Origin: Chiloscyllium plagiosum
Lineage: Eukaryota
Reading direction: 5' to 3'
Length of the DNA: 62,000 bases
Assembly: GCF_004010195.1 (NCBI RefSeq)
Contig: NC_057751.1
Span: 170,979-232,978, forward strand
Part shown: positions 12,845-25,281 of the stretch, piece after piece
Layout of the letters: every line of letters starts with the position of its first letter
How positions within the stretch are numbered: position 1 is the stretch's first letter
The notes under the pieces: generated by a model
Told to the model about the DNA's origin: nothing
Database searches by the model: none
Seen by the model: the letters and a program-made list of their open reading frames with translations, nothing else
Position numbers and translations under genes: made by a program

Positions 12845-13419
12845 TGAAGCAGACTGGGATCACGGATAGTTCGGTCAGGATCTCAGTGAAGCAGACTGGG
12901 ATCACGGATAGTTAGGTCAGGATCACAGTGCAGCAGACTGGGATCACGGATAGTTAGGTCAGGATCACAGTGCAGCAGACTGGGATCACGGATAGTTAGG
13001 TCAGGATCACAGTGCAGCAGACTGGGATCACGGATAGTTAGGTCAGGATCACAGTGCAGCAGACTGGGATCACGGATAGTTAGGTCAGGATCACAGTGCA
13101 GCAGACTGGGATCACGGATAGTTAGGTCAGGATCACAGTGCAGCAGACTGGGATCACGGATAGTTAGGTCAGGATCACAGTGCAGCAGACTGGGATCACG
13201 GATAGTTAGGTCAGGATCACAGTGCAGCAGACTGGGATCACGGATAGTTAGGTCAGGATCACAGTGCAGCAGACTGGGATCACGGATAGTTAGGTCAGGA
13301 TCACAGTGCAGCAGACTGGGATCACGGATAGTTAGGTCAGGATCACGGTGAAGCAGACTGGGATCACATTTAATTAGGTCAGGATCACAGTGAACCAGAC
13401 TGGGATCACGGATAGTTAG
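12845..13419. repeat. 42-bp minisatellite, about 13.7 copies, core copies identical
   Basis: Unit tgcagcagactgggatcacggatagttaggtcaggatcacag. Confidence 0.97.
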
Positions 13420-13536
13420 TCTCCTCCGACCTATCACCCTCACCTTGACCTCTTTCCACCTATCACATTTCCAACGCCCCTCCTCCAAGTCCCTCCTCCC
13501 TACCTTTTATCTTCTCCTGCTGAACACTCTCTGCTC

Positions 13537-13572
13537 ATTCCTGAAGAAGGGCATGTGCCCGAAACGTCGAAT
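13537..13572 (+). ncRNA. Minimal type I hammerhead ribozyme motif
   Basis: ATTC CTGAAGA A GGGCATGTGCCC GAAAC GTC GAAT; predicted cleavage after C13568. Confidence 0.7.
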
Positions 13573-13943
13573 CTTCTGTTCCCTAGATGCTGCCTGACCT
13601 GCTGTGCTGTTCCAGCAATAAAGTTTCAGCTGCTGTCAAAATTCATCAGGTTCATGATGCGCCTTTAGGGAAAGAAATCTTAACCATTCCCACTTACATA
13701 TGACTCCAGACCCAGAGCAATGAGACTGACTCTTAAAATTGCCCTCAGCGCAATTAAGGATGGGCAAAAACTGGTGACACCCACATCCCATTACTAAATA
13801 CTGGACTGCTCCCAAATCACTGTTTTTCATGCTGCCCCATCCCACTAATCACTGCTCTCCGTATTAAACAGCTTTTGCATTGTCTGCAATATCCACAAAG
13901 GTCTGGGTTGCCCAGTGTGTCTCATGTTGTAATATTTTCTTAC

Positions 13944-14017
13944 CATCTCTTTAACTGATCCACTTTCCGCTTCATTCCCTTTGCCAACTGACTTTTTCTC
14001 ATCAGTGCTGGAGAGAC
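13944..14017 (-). CDS. CCAR2: Coding exon 17 (GLSSTDEKKSVGKGNEAESGSVKEM)
   Basis: cctgcag| ... ATG|gtaaga; phase 1 to 0. Confidence 0.85.
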
Positions 14018-14392
14018 CTGCAGGAGACAGAACCAAACATTAGCTTAAACTCAAGAGATGCCACTGTGGCTCTTTCACCTCACTGGGAAAAATCAAGTCG
14101 CAATATTCCTGAAGTTGTTGCAGAAGTCAAAGATTTTAAGAAGCACACACAACTGCCCCATGTACTCTTTTAGAGTTAGGTTGACAGAAAACATAAACCA
14201 GGATTCTGTCCTTAATAATGACAGTTTTATTACAAACAAATAGATTCCAGTTACAGATAAACAATTAGTTAAAACTCCAATCTCCTTACAAACTCCCCTA
14301 ACACACACATTATAGATTGAGAGGGTTCTCAGAAACAGTCCTTTTGGTAATTGAGTGTTCAGATTTATTCAGATGGTCAGCCGGAACTTGAA

Positions 14393-14712
14393 TTTAGATT
14401 AGATTGCCTACAGTGTGGAAACAGGCCCTTTGGCCCAACAAGTCCACACCAACCCTCCGAAGAGCAACCCACCCAAACCCCTATATTTACCCCTGACTAG
14501 GCACCCAACACTATGGGCAATTTAGTATGGCCAATTCACCTGACCTGCACAGTTTTGGATTGTGGGAGGAAACCGGAGCACCCGGATGAAACCCACGCAG
14601 ACACAGGGAGAATGTGCCAACTCCACACAGACAGGTGCCCAAGGTGGGAATAGAACCTGGGTCCCTGGTGCTGAGAGGCAGCAGTGCTAATCACTGAGCC
14701 ACTGTGCCACCC
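14393..14712 (-). mobile_element. HE1-like V-SINE
   Basis: tRNA-like head, V-domain (tgtgtggagtt..cacattctccc..gtctgcgtgggttt), CR1-type tail, tagat repeats. Confidence 0.88.
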
Positions 14713-15443
14713 CTTACATCAACAGTCTGAAATTGCAATTATTGGATTAATAAATGTAATATTTGTCTCTGCAATCAGAACTCCAAGTGAGAGAAAATTA
14801 GGTTCCAGTTCCACACTTCATTGCCTGGCATTCTGGAGCACAGTTCTAGGAAGGAGGAGTATAGATCCCATCTGTCTAAATGACAGTGCTTCAAGAAGCC
14901 ACAGTGCTATGTACTTTGGCCTCGTAGCATTGGTTTTATTCAGAAATGGTCAATTTATTGATAGCCAATAGTATGGCATTGGCAAGATCAAAGATTGGCA
15001 CTGAGTGTTATACATCTGACAAGAGGAAGACAGATGGAAATGGCAATTTTCACCTGATTTAAATTAATTTGTGAAATGAACAATGACAGTCCATAATTCC
15101 GAAGTTAAGGGTCGTGTGGCACAGTGGTCAAGTCCCTCTAGGGTCAGAAGGTAGAGGTTCAAGTCCCACTTGTCTCAAAGATATGCCATGATGAGTTTGA
15201 ACAAGTTGTTTGAAAATATAAACCTCCTAACTTGACCACATGAAAACATCATTGTGTTTCTGTACGTACACAAGTGACAAACCAATTACTGTCCTCAAAT
15301 TCAATGAATTGCTGATCTGAGAGCGGCTTACACTTCACCCAGAATCATTTACAACCAGTTGGTGGACTGTCTAGCAGTTGCCAGGCTGCTTTGTAGGCTG
15401 GCTGGGACTATGTTGCATTTTTCTCACAGTAAATGATCCTCAC

Positions 15444-15555
15444 CAAAATCCTCCTCGTTTTCCTCCAAGAACAGAACATCGTCAATCTGCAGGAGTGTGT
15501 CATCATCAGCATCCTTCCCTTTCACATCCTTTTCTTTAGTCTCGCCCTCATCTGG
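15444..15555 (-). CDS. CCAR2: Coding exon 16 (PDEGETKEKDVKGKDADDDTLLQIDDVLFLEENEEDF+G)
   Basis: ttgcag| ... G|gtgagg; acidic; phase 0 to 1 fits exon 17. Confidence 0.85.
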
Positions 15556-15631
15556 CTGCAAGCAACATCAGAAAAATCTGGTAAACCATACTTTGAATAA
15601 GAAATGGCCATGGAGGAGGGGCATTTGTGGT

Positions 15632-17386
15632 TCATAGAACATAGAAAGGTACAGCACGGAACAGGCCCTTTGGTCAACGATGTTGTGCCGAGGTTTAATC
15701 ACAATGTAAAATATAGTAACTTAACCTACGTACCCCTCAACTCACTGCTATCCATGTGCATGTCCAGCAGTCGCTTAAATGGCCCCAATGACCCTGCTTC
15801 CACCACCACAGCTGGCAACGCATTCCATGCATTCACAACTCCCTGCATAAAGAACCTACCTCTGACGTCTCCTTTATACCTTCCTCCTAATATCTTCAAA
15901 CTATGACTCCTCGTACCAGTCAATCCTGCCCTGGGGAAAAGTGTCTGGCTAATTGACTCTATCTATTCCACTCATTATTTTGTACACCTCGATCAGGTCT
16001 CCTCTCTTCCTCCTCCGCTCCAGAGGAAAAGTCCGAGCTTATTCAACCTTTCTTCATAAGGCAAGCCAGGCAGCATCCTGGCAAACCTTCTTTGCACCCT
16101 CTCCAAAAGCTCTGTATCTTTCCTATAGTAGGGTGACCAGAACTGGACACAATATTCCAAGTGCGGTCTCACCAGGGACTTGTAGAGCTGCAGCAAAACC
16201 TCGTGGCTCTTAAACTCAATCCTCCTGTTAATAAAAACCAAAACACCATATGCTTTCTTAACAGCCCTATCCACTTGGGTGGCAACTTTGATCCACCTAT
16301 GTACTTGCACACCCATTTTCCTCTGTTCCTCCACACTGCCCAGAATCCTGTCTTTAATCCAATATTCAGCATTCGGGTTCGACCATCCGAAATGCATCAC
16401 TTCGCATTTCTCCAGGTTGAACTTCATCTGCCATTTCTCAGCCCAGCTCTGCATCCTGTCTATGTAGCGCTGCAGCCTGCAGTAGCCCTCTACACTATCG
16501 ACGACATCTCTAACCTCAACCTCGTCATCAAAGTCATTTATAAAAACTACAAAGAGCAGAGGCCCAAGGACAGAGCCCTGTGTGACCCCACTCAACAGGC
16601 AGAATACTTTCCATCTACAACCACTCTCTGCCTTCTGTCAGCCAGCCAATTCTGAATCCAGGTAGCCAAATCTCCCTGTATCCCATACTTCCTGACTTTC
16701 TGAATGAGCCTACCATGGGGAACCTTATCAAATGCCTTGCTGGAGACCACATACACCACATCCACTTCTCGACTGTCGTCGACCTGTCTTGACACCTCCT
16801 CAAAGAACTCAATAAGATTTGTGAGGCATGACCTACCCCTCACAAAGCCATGCTGACTGCCTTTAATCACGCTGTGTTTTGCTAAATAGTCATAAATCCT
16901 ATTCCTCAGAATTCTTTCCAAGACTTTCCTGACCACAGATGTAAGACTGACTTGCCTTTAATTGTCAGGGATTTCCCTATTACCCTCCTTGAAAAGAGGA
17001 ACAACATTCGCCTCCTTCCAGTCCTCCAGTACGACTCCTGTGGAGAGTGAGGAGGCAAACATCCTTGCCAGTGGCTTAACAATCTCCTTCCTCGCTTTCC
17101 GGAGCAGTCTAGGATAAATCTGGTCTGGCCCTGAGGACTTATCAATCTTAATATTTCCAAAGTTTCTAGCACATCAATCTTGATCTGGTCAAGACTGTAT
17201 TCTAGCTCCTCAAAGTTTTCATTTCCAACACGTTCCCTTTCCTTGGTGAAAACCGAAGCAAAAAACTCATTTAGGTCTTTCCTGATCTGCTCTGACTCCA
17301 CGCACAAGTTCCCTCCGCTATCCCTGATTGGCCCTCCCTTCTCCCTGATCATTCTCTTATTCCTCACGTATGAGTAAAATGCCTTG
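15632..17386 (-). mobile_element. 5'-truncated CR1 LINE
   Basis: RT ORFs 15993-17367 (GRSCLTNL, QGSVLGPLLF, RPHLEYCVQFWSP); tail repeat catagaa. Confidence 0.95.
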
Positions 17387-18051
17387 AAATTAGAACTAAG
17401 AGATTAAGATATAACTGAATCATATTCAAAATCAAGGAAATCATTGGGACTGATCAAAGCAGCCTGCCTCTCATAGCGAAGCATCCTTGAAGACATTTTT
17501 TTTCAAACAGCGCAGGAGACTCATCGTGTTCACAGTGGCCGTTTAATATCCATCTATGCTAATCCCACTTTCCAGCACTTGGCCAGAAGCGCCGTATTCT
17601 ATGGCATTTCAAATGTCATCTCAATAGTTCTCGAGGGTTATGAGGGTTTTGGCCTCTATCACCCTTTCAGGCAGAGTGTTCCCAAAACATACAATTCTCA
17701 TTCAAAACATTTTTCTTCAAATCCCCTGAAAACCACCTACTCCTTACCTTAAAATGGTGCCTTCTAGTTAGAGGAAATGTTTCTCCCTGTATTTGCGGAT
17801 GAGAGCTTTGTACACCTCAACCAGATACCCCCCTCAACCTTCTCTGCTCGAAGGAAAACCACTGCAGCCTAACTCCTCTGTCAATGACTGAATATCTCTA
17901 GCCTAGGAAATATCCTGGTGAATGTGCACTGCACCCCCTCCAGTTCAATAACATGTTTCATTGAGTGTGGTGACAAGACCTGCATACCATTATCCATGTG
18001 GGGGCAAACAAATGTTAAACACAGCGCTATCGTGACCTACTTACTTTTTTA

Positions 18052-18383
18052 ATCACAGAATCCCTACAGTGTGGAAAGAGGCCCATCGGCCCAACAAGTC
18101 CACACCAACTAGCCCACCCAAAGCATGCTCCATTACTTTACATTTACCCTTGACTAATGCACCTAACCTACACATCCCTGAACACTATGGGCAACTTATC
18201 ATGGCCAATTCACCTAACCTGCACATCTCTAGATTGTGGAAGGAAACGGAAGCATCCGGAGGAAACCCACGCAGGCACAGGGAGAATGTCCAAACTCCAC
18301 ACAGACAGTCACACGAGGCTGGAATTGAATCGAGGTCCCTGGTGCTGTGAGGCAGCAGTACTCACCACTGAGCCACCATGCCA
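18052..18383 (-). mobile_element. HE1-like V-SINE inside an old CR1 fragment (about 17520-18480)
   Basis: Same V-domain and head as the other copies. Confidence 0.85.
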
Positions 18384-19885
18384 CTCAGTGTATTCTAAAT
18401 AATTGACATATAAAGGCAAGTATCCCATATGGCTTCTTAACCTGGCTGCCTTCAAGGGTCTATGGGCACACAAACCAAGGTTCTTCTCATCCTTTTCGGG
18501 GATTATATCAGACCAGGATCAATGGATTGAATGGCTTACTCTTGTTCCTATGTTTGCACAATTTGATTTGGCATAGTGAGGAGCTGATAAAGATTTTAAA
18601 AACAAACAGATGGGAGTCTGTGGAATTCACTCCCAGAGTTAGTGACTGAAGCAGTGATCAGGGCAACATTTAAGAACAGATATGATATGTATTGAAGGAG
18701 GGTCAAGGGACAAATGGAAGGGCATTAGTGGAATAGACTTGAACGCTGACTCTGGGAAATACACACCAATATGGGCTGAATGGGGTGAAGGTCTTATCAT
18801 CAGTGAACTGCCACAACTCACTGGAGGAACCATAGTCCCGAATACACTGGGTCACTGGGAACAGAGTGCCTGCTGTCATAGTGAATTCAAGAACTTGCAT
18901 CTCTGCTCTGGTTGCGTGGGAGTCTGCAATACAGTTGTGCTCATATCTGGGTCTCAGGTCAGGATGTCATCAGACTTGGTGGTGACGGCTTGCATTTGAA
19001 TGAGCAACTACATAACTCTCATGTCACCAAAATTTGTGATACATGCATGAGAGTAAACTGGAACTACACTTCCTTCAGAGTCAAAATCTTCCATTAAACA
19101 TGGAGAGTCACATCCAAGGTGAAGAACACTTGAACCCAGAGACTTATCCCCCCACCTCAATTAAATCTATATTCACTTATTGTAAAATGGCAACATTCAA
19201 AAAAGATACACAATTTAGCAGAAAATCCTGAACTTCAAAAAAACTCAGCAGCTTCATTCTTTAGGAATTGCTGAACATGCCAGAGTATGACAATTGTTAG
19301 GAGACAGAAGGAAGCCATTCAATGCCATCTATCTGCCCTGGCTCTCCAAATGAGCTTCCCACTCTGTCATTCTCCGTCATTCTGCACAGTCTTCCTTTTG
19401 AAAGCCTCACTTGAGTCTATCACCACCCTCACAAGACAGTCCATTCTGGAGCCTAACCACATATTTCATTAAAAAGATATTCTCAAATCACTTTTGTTTC
19501 TCATTAATTACTTCAAATCTACACCCTCTCATCCTCAATCCTTTCACCAGAGGGAACATTTCCTCCATATTTACTCTTCCCAGACCTCATGATTTTGAAG
19601 GCTTCCGTTCTCCCCAAGTCTCATCATCTCCAGTCTGTCTCCATATCTGAGATTCCTCACTTCTGGAACCATTCTTGTAAACCTGTCCTGCACTCTTGCC
19701 ATTGTCTTCACATGCTTCCCTACACAGAGCTCCGAAAACAGGATATAATACTCCAGCTGAGACTGAACTAGTCTTTTAAACAAGTTCAACATCACTGCCT
19801 TGCTCTTGTGGTCTAGGCCCCTATTAAAAAAAAACCCAAGGAGACTGTGTGCTTTATTATCTACCCTCACCAGCTTTCCTTTTAA

Positions 19886-21368
19886 AGGAAAATGTGAAGA
19901 CTATAGATGCTGGAGGTCATAGTTGACAAGTGTGCTGTTAGAAAAGCACAGCAGGTCAGGCAGCATCCAAGGAGCAGAAGAATCGATATTTCGGGCATAA
20001 ATCCTTCATCAGCAAAACTGGAGGGGTGGTTTGAGGATGCTGAGAGATAAATAGGAGGGTGGGCGGAGGGGGAAGGTGGCTGGGGAGATGATAGGCAGAT
20101 GCAGATTGGGGAGGGGTAAGAGTGACATGTCAGTGGGCGACATGGAGCAGATTGGTGGGAAGGAAGATTGGTCAGGTCAAGAGGGCGGTGCCAAGTTGGA
20201 GGGTTGGACCTGAGGTGAGGTGGGAGGAGGGGTAATTACGAAATTAGTGAAGTTGACATTGATGCCATATGGTTGAAGGGTTCCTCGGCAGATGAGGAAG
20301 CGCTCTTCCTCCAGTTGTCGGGCTGCTTGGATTTGGCGCTGGAGAAGGTCCAGGGCTTGCATGTCCAGGGCAGACTGAGAGGGGGAGTTGAAGTGATTGG
20401 CCACAGAACGGTGGGGTTGTTTGGTGCATATGTCCCAGAGATGTTTCAACTGGTATCCTGTCTCCCCAATATAAAGGCAACCACATTGTAGATCTAATGA
20501 GGGAGTCATGGAGGGAATGGTTTCTGAAAAATGCAGATAAGGGTGAGGAGGACAATAGCTAACCATATATCTCTGATGGTGGGGTCTGATTGTAGGTGGT
20601 GGAAATTATGGAGGATAATGTACTATTTCCAGAGATTAGTGAGGTTAAAGGCGAGGACCAGGGGCTTCTATCCTAGTTGCAGTTGGCAGAAGTGTTGAGT
20701 TCAAGGGCGGAGGTGCCGGGGAGATGTGCTGGAGGGCATTGCTGATCATGGGAGGGGAAATTGCAGTCCTTGATGTCTTGGAGTGGAAATGCTCCTCCTG
20801 AGAGCAAATATGGCTGAGGTGGACAATTTGGTAATAAGGGATAGCGGTTTTACCGGGTGGGAGGGGATTTCGTTTTGGTGTTATGGGGTCGGTGGGTGTC
20901 GATCAGGGCAGTCAGGTTTCTGGATTTTGCCTAAGAGGTAGAACTGGGGAGTGTGGGCTTCTGGGACTATGAGCTTGGAGGCTATGGATGGGAGATCCCC
21001 TGAGGTGATGTGGTTGTGGATGTCTGGGAGATGATTGTTTGGTTCAACCATACAGCATCAATATTGACTTTACTAGTTTCCTTATCTCCCCTCCCCACTC
21101 CTCATCCCAGATCCAACCCTCCAACTCGGCACAGCCCTCTTGACCTGTTCTATCTGTCCGCCTTCTTTCCCACCTATCTGCTCCACCTTGCCCGACCTAT
21201 CACTATTACCCCCAACCTGCATCTACCTATTGCCTTCCCAGCTACCTTTCCCTCAGCCCACTTCCCACCCCCAACATTCCCGATGAAGGGGTAAATCCCA
21301 AAACATCAACTCACTTGCTCCTCAGATGCTGCCTGACCTGCTGTATTTTTCAAGCACACTTTTTGACT
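19886..21368 (-). mobile_element. Penelope-like element with GIY-YIG remnant and inverted arms, inserted in an old CR1 fragment
   Basis: ORF 20177-20566: CGCLYIGET...SVANHFNSPS...RQLEEERFLICRGTLQPYGINVNF; arms about 19886-20220 and 21030-21368. Confidence 0.9.
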
Positions 21369-23865
21369 GCTACCTTTAAAGACTTGCACACAATATATCC
21401 AGGTGTACTGCGCCTCTCTAACCTCTTTAGAGATGTTTTATACTATCATTCACACTTCCCCACGACTACTACCTGTTTGCCCAGTCCAACAACAGGTCTT
21501 CTCCTTTCAAGTTGGCCACTGTCCTCCTCAGTTTACAAAGCTTCCAAATTTTATTTCATCCACACAGTTTGAAATGTGTCCCCTGTACACCATGGTTGAG
21601 GTGACCAGGACACATTAGGGAAAGCAAGGGTCCCAAACTGAAGCGTGAGGAACTGGGCCACAAACATCGCCCCCATGTAAAAAATCAGTAATTAGCCACT
21701 AATCTCAGTTTCCTGCCACTCAGTCATTTCTGTAGCTTTGGAACTACCACTCTCACTTCCCCAGCATCCTTGTTTGCATCTCATTCAGTTCTGCTGACCT
21801 ATCAAATGTAAATCCAGACAACTTGTCCACTAACACCACCACTGTCATTTTAAACTAATCAAGCATCTGCATTGACATCTGTCTATGGCCTCGGGAGCAA
21901 ATTCTTCTTTTTGAGTTGAAGTTTCAAAGATACAGCATTGAAATGGGCAGAACCATGTAATTTTGCAAGGTAATTCCATAGGTGCACATTCCAAGGCAGA
22001 GTCACAGCTCATTTTATTTTTTGAGTGGTGCTGTGTTGTCTGGAAATTATTGTACATGCATTTAAATGTGATTTTTAATACCTTTGTGATCAACAATTCA
22101 ATGTTACAAACAAGAGAGCAAAAAAAACGGCCTGCTGCCCAGCATTAAGATAGCAGTCTCTCTAACAGTCAGAGCTAATGAAACAGAGTCTTGAATAGTT
22201 AAATGCCACGAAGAAATCAGAAACAGACAGCTAAGGAGGGAGTGTTTAATGAACCCATGTAGAGAAAAAGGCTAATTGCATGATCAGTTTGTTAAAGGGT
22301 CTCAGCCAGACATCAATTACTAAAGTAGTAGCAAAGGTAATAATGAGGTTTGCTAAAATTTGCCAAGGACCTTCAAAGTGAATGACAATTTCAATGAGGT
22401 TTGAGTACCTTTAAGGTGATGGGGTAAGATTGTTATGGGTAAAATAATTCAATCTTAAGTAATTCCTTGTATGGTACAAGTTAGCTCAATTTTTTTCCTT
22501 GTGTATGCAAACTGGAGGTGCTCTTGTTTATAATTACTGTGGTAGCTTCTTGAAGATTTGCCTAATCCAAAGCCAGGTTACACACTGAGCCTGAATGGCC
22601 AGTATTACCATTAGTGTGGATGATAACACTTGGCAAATCTAAATTTGGATCACTGAAATCCCTGATTGTAACTCAGCTATCGTTCTTGTACCTTCCTTCA
22701 ACTTCCTTGCGGATTTGTTCATCCTTCCCATTATCTGGTTGCCTGTCGACTACGGTGGTGTACTATGTTCGCACCAAATCAATTCTTCCCTGGATCCCTT
22801 TGAGTTCCCCTCTATCTCCAACACTGCAATGCTCTCGTTATTTATCACCACCACTTCCCCTTAACATGATTTCCTAATTTTCCTGAACAGTTTGCATCCA
22901 GGAATATTTAACACCCACTCCTGTTTTACTTCAGCAAGATCTCGGTTATCACTACAACATGAGAAAAATGTTGCTCTCCCCTTTTATGCTGATTGCTCGT
23001 TTCTTCTCATCGTAATCCGTACCTATAACAATCCGAATCAGCACACTGTGTGTATTCACATATGGTCACGGTAACTCGGACTTATATTTTGTCACTGACC
23101 CTACAAATTCACTTGTTATCCCCAAAGTTTGTGCTCTCCATCTCTCCCTGAACTTTTGTCCACTTTGAGATTCCTCTCTGATATTATTGGCAAGTTCCCA
23201 AAACTCTGCCAAATTAGTTTAAACTTACCCTAACAGTACTAACTAAATATCCTGGGTCGGCTCAGGTGCAAGATGTACAATCTGTAACTGTTTCAGCTTG
23301 CCCACAATCATTATCAACGTCCAAAGAATCAAAAGCTCTCTCCTGCACCATCTCTCCAACCAGGCATTCACTGTCTTAAACCTGTCTTCCTAAATGCACT
23401 TGTGCGTGACACAAGGTTGAATCTGGAAATTAAATTTTTGAGGTCCTGAATGATAATCTCCCACGTAGCTCCTTAAATTCTGACTGCAGTATCAGATCCT
23501 CTTCCGACCCATGTCAATGGTTCCAATGTGGACTACAGCTGCTGGTTGTTAACTCTCCCTATCTCTGCTCTGTAACCTTGGCACCTGCGAAATAACAATT
23601 AATCTTGGATTGATAACTGTGTCCACAGCATTTATGTACCTATTCCCCTTTCACAAATCTCCCACCATTAAGGATCTTCTGGTTTTCTTTGTGTTTGCTG
23701 ACATTGCTGAGCTAATCCCATTGCCATGAACTTGGCTCTGGCTAAAATCATGATGTACCACTCACTCCAATCAGACCCAGTGAGTCTCATCCATGGTGGT
23801 CTCGCCCACTCAACAGTAACACACTGGCTTCCTGGAGAATTCCTTTTTTAATTGTATATTCATAC

Positions 23866-24189
23866 CTTTGTCAGCTCCCAATCCCAATTCTCATCCTCTT
23901 CCATTGCGGTGGCTTTAGCAGGTGCATCACTTGGCTCCTTTATCTCCTCTGCTTCCATCAACTCGTCCACTTCCTTCACCTCCTCAGCTTCTTTCTTCAG
24001 TTCATCTGTCTTTTCTTCTTGTTCCATTTCCTTTTGATCTTTCTCCTTCTCTTGGTTGGCACTGGTTGCCTTTGGCTTCTCGACTACCTCCTCTGGCTTC
24101 CTCTCTGGGAATGCAAGCAGGGCTTTGTAGACGGTATAGCCAAAGTCCCTCTGTAGCATCTCACCAAACAGCTCCGCAAGCCACAAAAC
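23866..24189 (-). CDS. CCAR2: Coding exon 15 (VLWLAELFGEMLQRDFGYTVYKALLAFPE...WELTK)
   Basis: tcgtag| ... AAG|gtatga; AELFxEMLQRDFG hallmark. Confidence 0.95.
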
Positions 24190-24269
24190 CTACGAACAAA
24201 ACACAAAAGCCTAATAAATCTTCCTTCTCCAATTCATACACCACCCCAAGCAGAAAACCGATATGGTAA

Positions 24270-25010
24270 AACAGTTAAAGCATGGGGTTAGATATAGAGC
24301 AAATGCCCCCCTACAGTTCCCGAGCAAATACTCCCAGGTCAGATTCAGAATGGCGACAGATACAGCATAAAACCCCCTTGACACAATTTCCAAGCATTCC
24401 CAGGAAAGGTACAGCATGGAATTAGATACGGACAAAAGCTGCCAGGACAGATTCAGCCCAGGGTTGGATACAGAGTAAAAATTCCTCAACTATGTCCATA
24501 TGAAACATTCCCAGCACAAGGGCAAGGTGAGACAATGTAAACCCCCCCTCTTCTCTTTGAAACTGAAAATATAATTCCCTCCAAAACACCTTCACCAAAC
24601 ACTCTTTGGAGAATGACAGCAAAGGGTTAGATGAAGAGTAAGGCTCCCTCTAATCTTTAAAACCAAAATTAAAGCTGCCTCCACATCATCACTATCATAC
24701 CCTCCCATGACAGTTACACCATGAGATTAGATACAGAGTAAAGCTCTCTCCACTGTTCAAACTGACAGTAAACATTAAGTAAAGCCCCCTCAACACTGTC
24801 CCCACCAAGCTGGGAAAGCATGGAGTTCCAGACAGATTAAAGTTCCCAGTACTACTTTAAAGTGAAAGTAAAGTTCTACATACAGTCCCCATCAAACACT
24901 CACATGACAGAGACAGCATGGCGTAAAGCTAATTCTAAAAACACCCCCATCTAATACTTCCCAGGACAGAGACAGCGCGGAGTTCGATACAGAGTAAAGC
25001 TCCCCCTGCA
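24270..25010. repeat. Degenerate minisatellite, unit about 65-70 bp
   Basis: Recurring acagcatggggttagatacagagtaaagctccc...cactgtccccatcaaacactcccaggacag; a lone unit at about 33998-34065. Confidence 0.8.
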
Positions 25011-25089
25011 AGATGTGAACATTATACCCGAGTGTTGATGTCAGAAGCCACAGAAAAGTGCAGAACATTTTCCATCACAAACTGATTAC

Positions 25090-25281
25090 CTCAAAGGAAT
25101 AGCCTTTGGAATCACTGCGGTAGCTTCGTAACATACTCAGGGATAAGACTGAACAGCCAAAATTACCCCCCATGGCAGAGCAATTCGGACGAACAAGCAC
25201 AGCGGGCTCAGCAGGAAGGGGGCAACGGGGCTCCTGCTTCGACGAGACAGCAGGATCTTCAGGCTGCTTCCCCTCGACATC
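25090..25281 (-). CDS. CCAR2: Coding exon 14 (DVEGKQPED...LPAEPAVLVRPNCSAMGGNFGCSVLSLSMLRSYRSDSKGYSFE)
   Basis: atgtag| ... GAG|gtaatc; 192 nt; not in the ORF track. Confidence 0.93.

Larger units (their letters stand above)
11914..13629 (+). mobile_element. Young Penelope-like element with about 140-bp near-identical inverted arms and 15-bp TSD
   Basis: TSD ctgctgtcaaaattc at 11899-11913 and 13630-13644; arms about 11950-12089 and 13494-13631; interior holds a gap and a tandem array. Confidence 0.85.
11800..13800 (+). mobile_element. Deu-domain SINE (SacSINE1-like) split by the Penelope-like insertion (pieces about 11800-11913 and 13645-13800)
   Basis: Head aatgtcactggactggtaatccag; core tacatatgactccagacccagagcaatg; tail caattaaggatgggcaaaaa; collinear with the copy at 40974. 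Confidence 0.7.

Noticed and set aside
12135..12905. 256-aa ORF
   Set aside because: Translation of the N gap.
12845..13419. CRISPR-like regular array, and the 201-aa repeat ORF (RDPSLLHCDPDLTI)n
   Set aside because: No unique spacers, eukaryotic context; the frame is open only because the 42-bp unit has no stop.
21956..22629. Additional solo LTRs (also about 38850-39470, 41970-42690, 48090-48530)
   Set aside because: LTR-like composition, some with TG or AACA ends, but no TSD could be confirmed.
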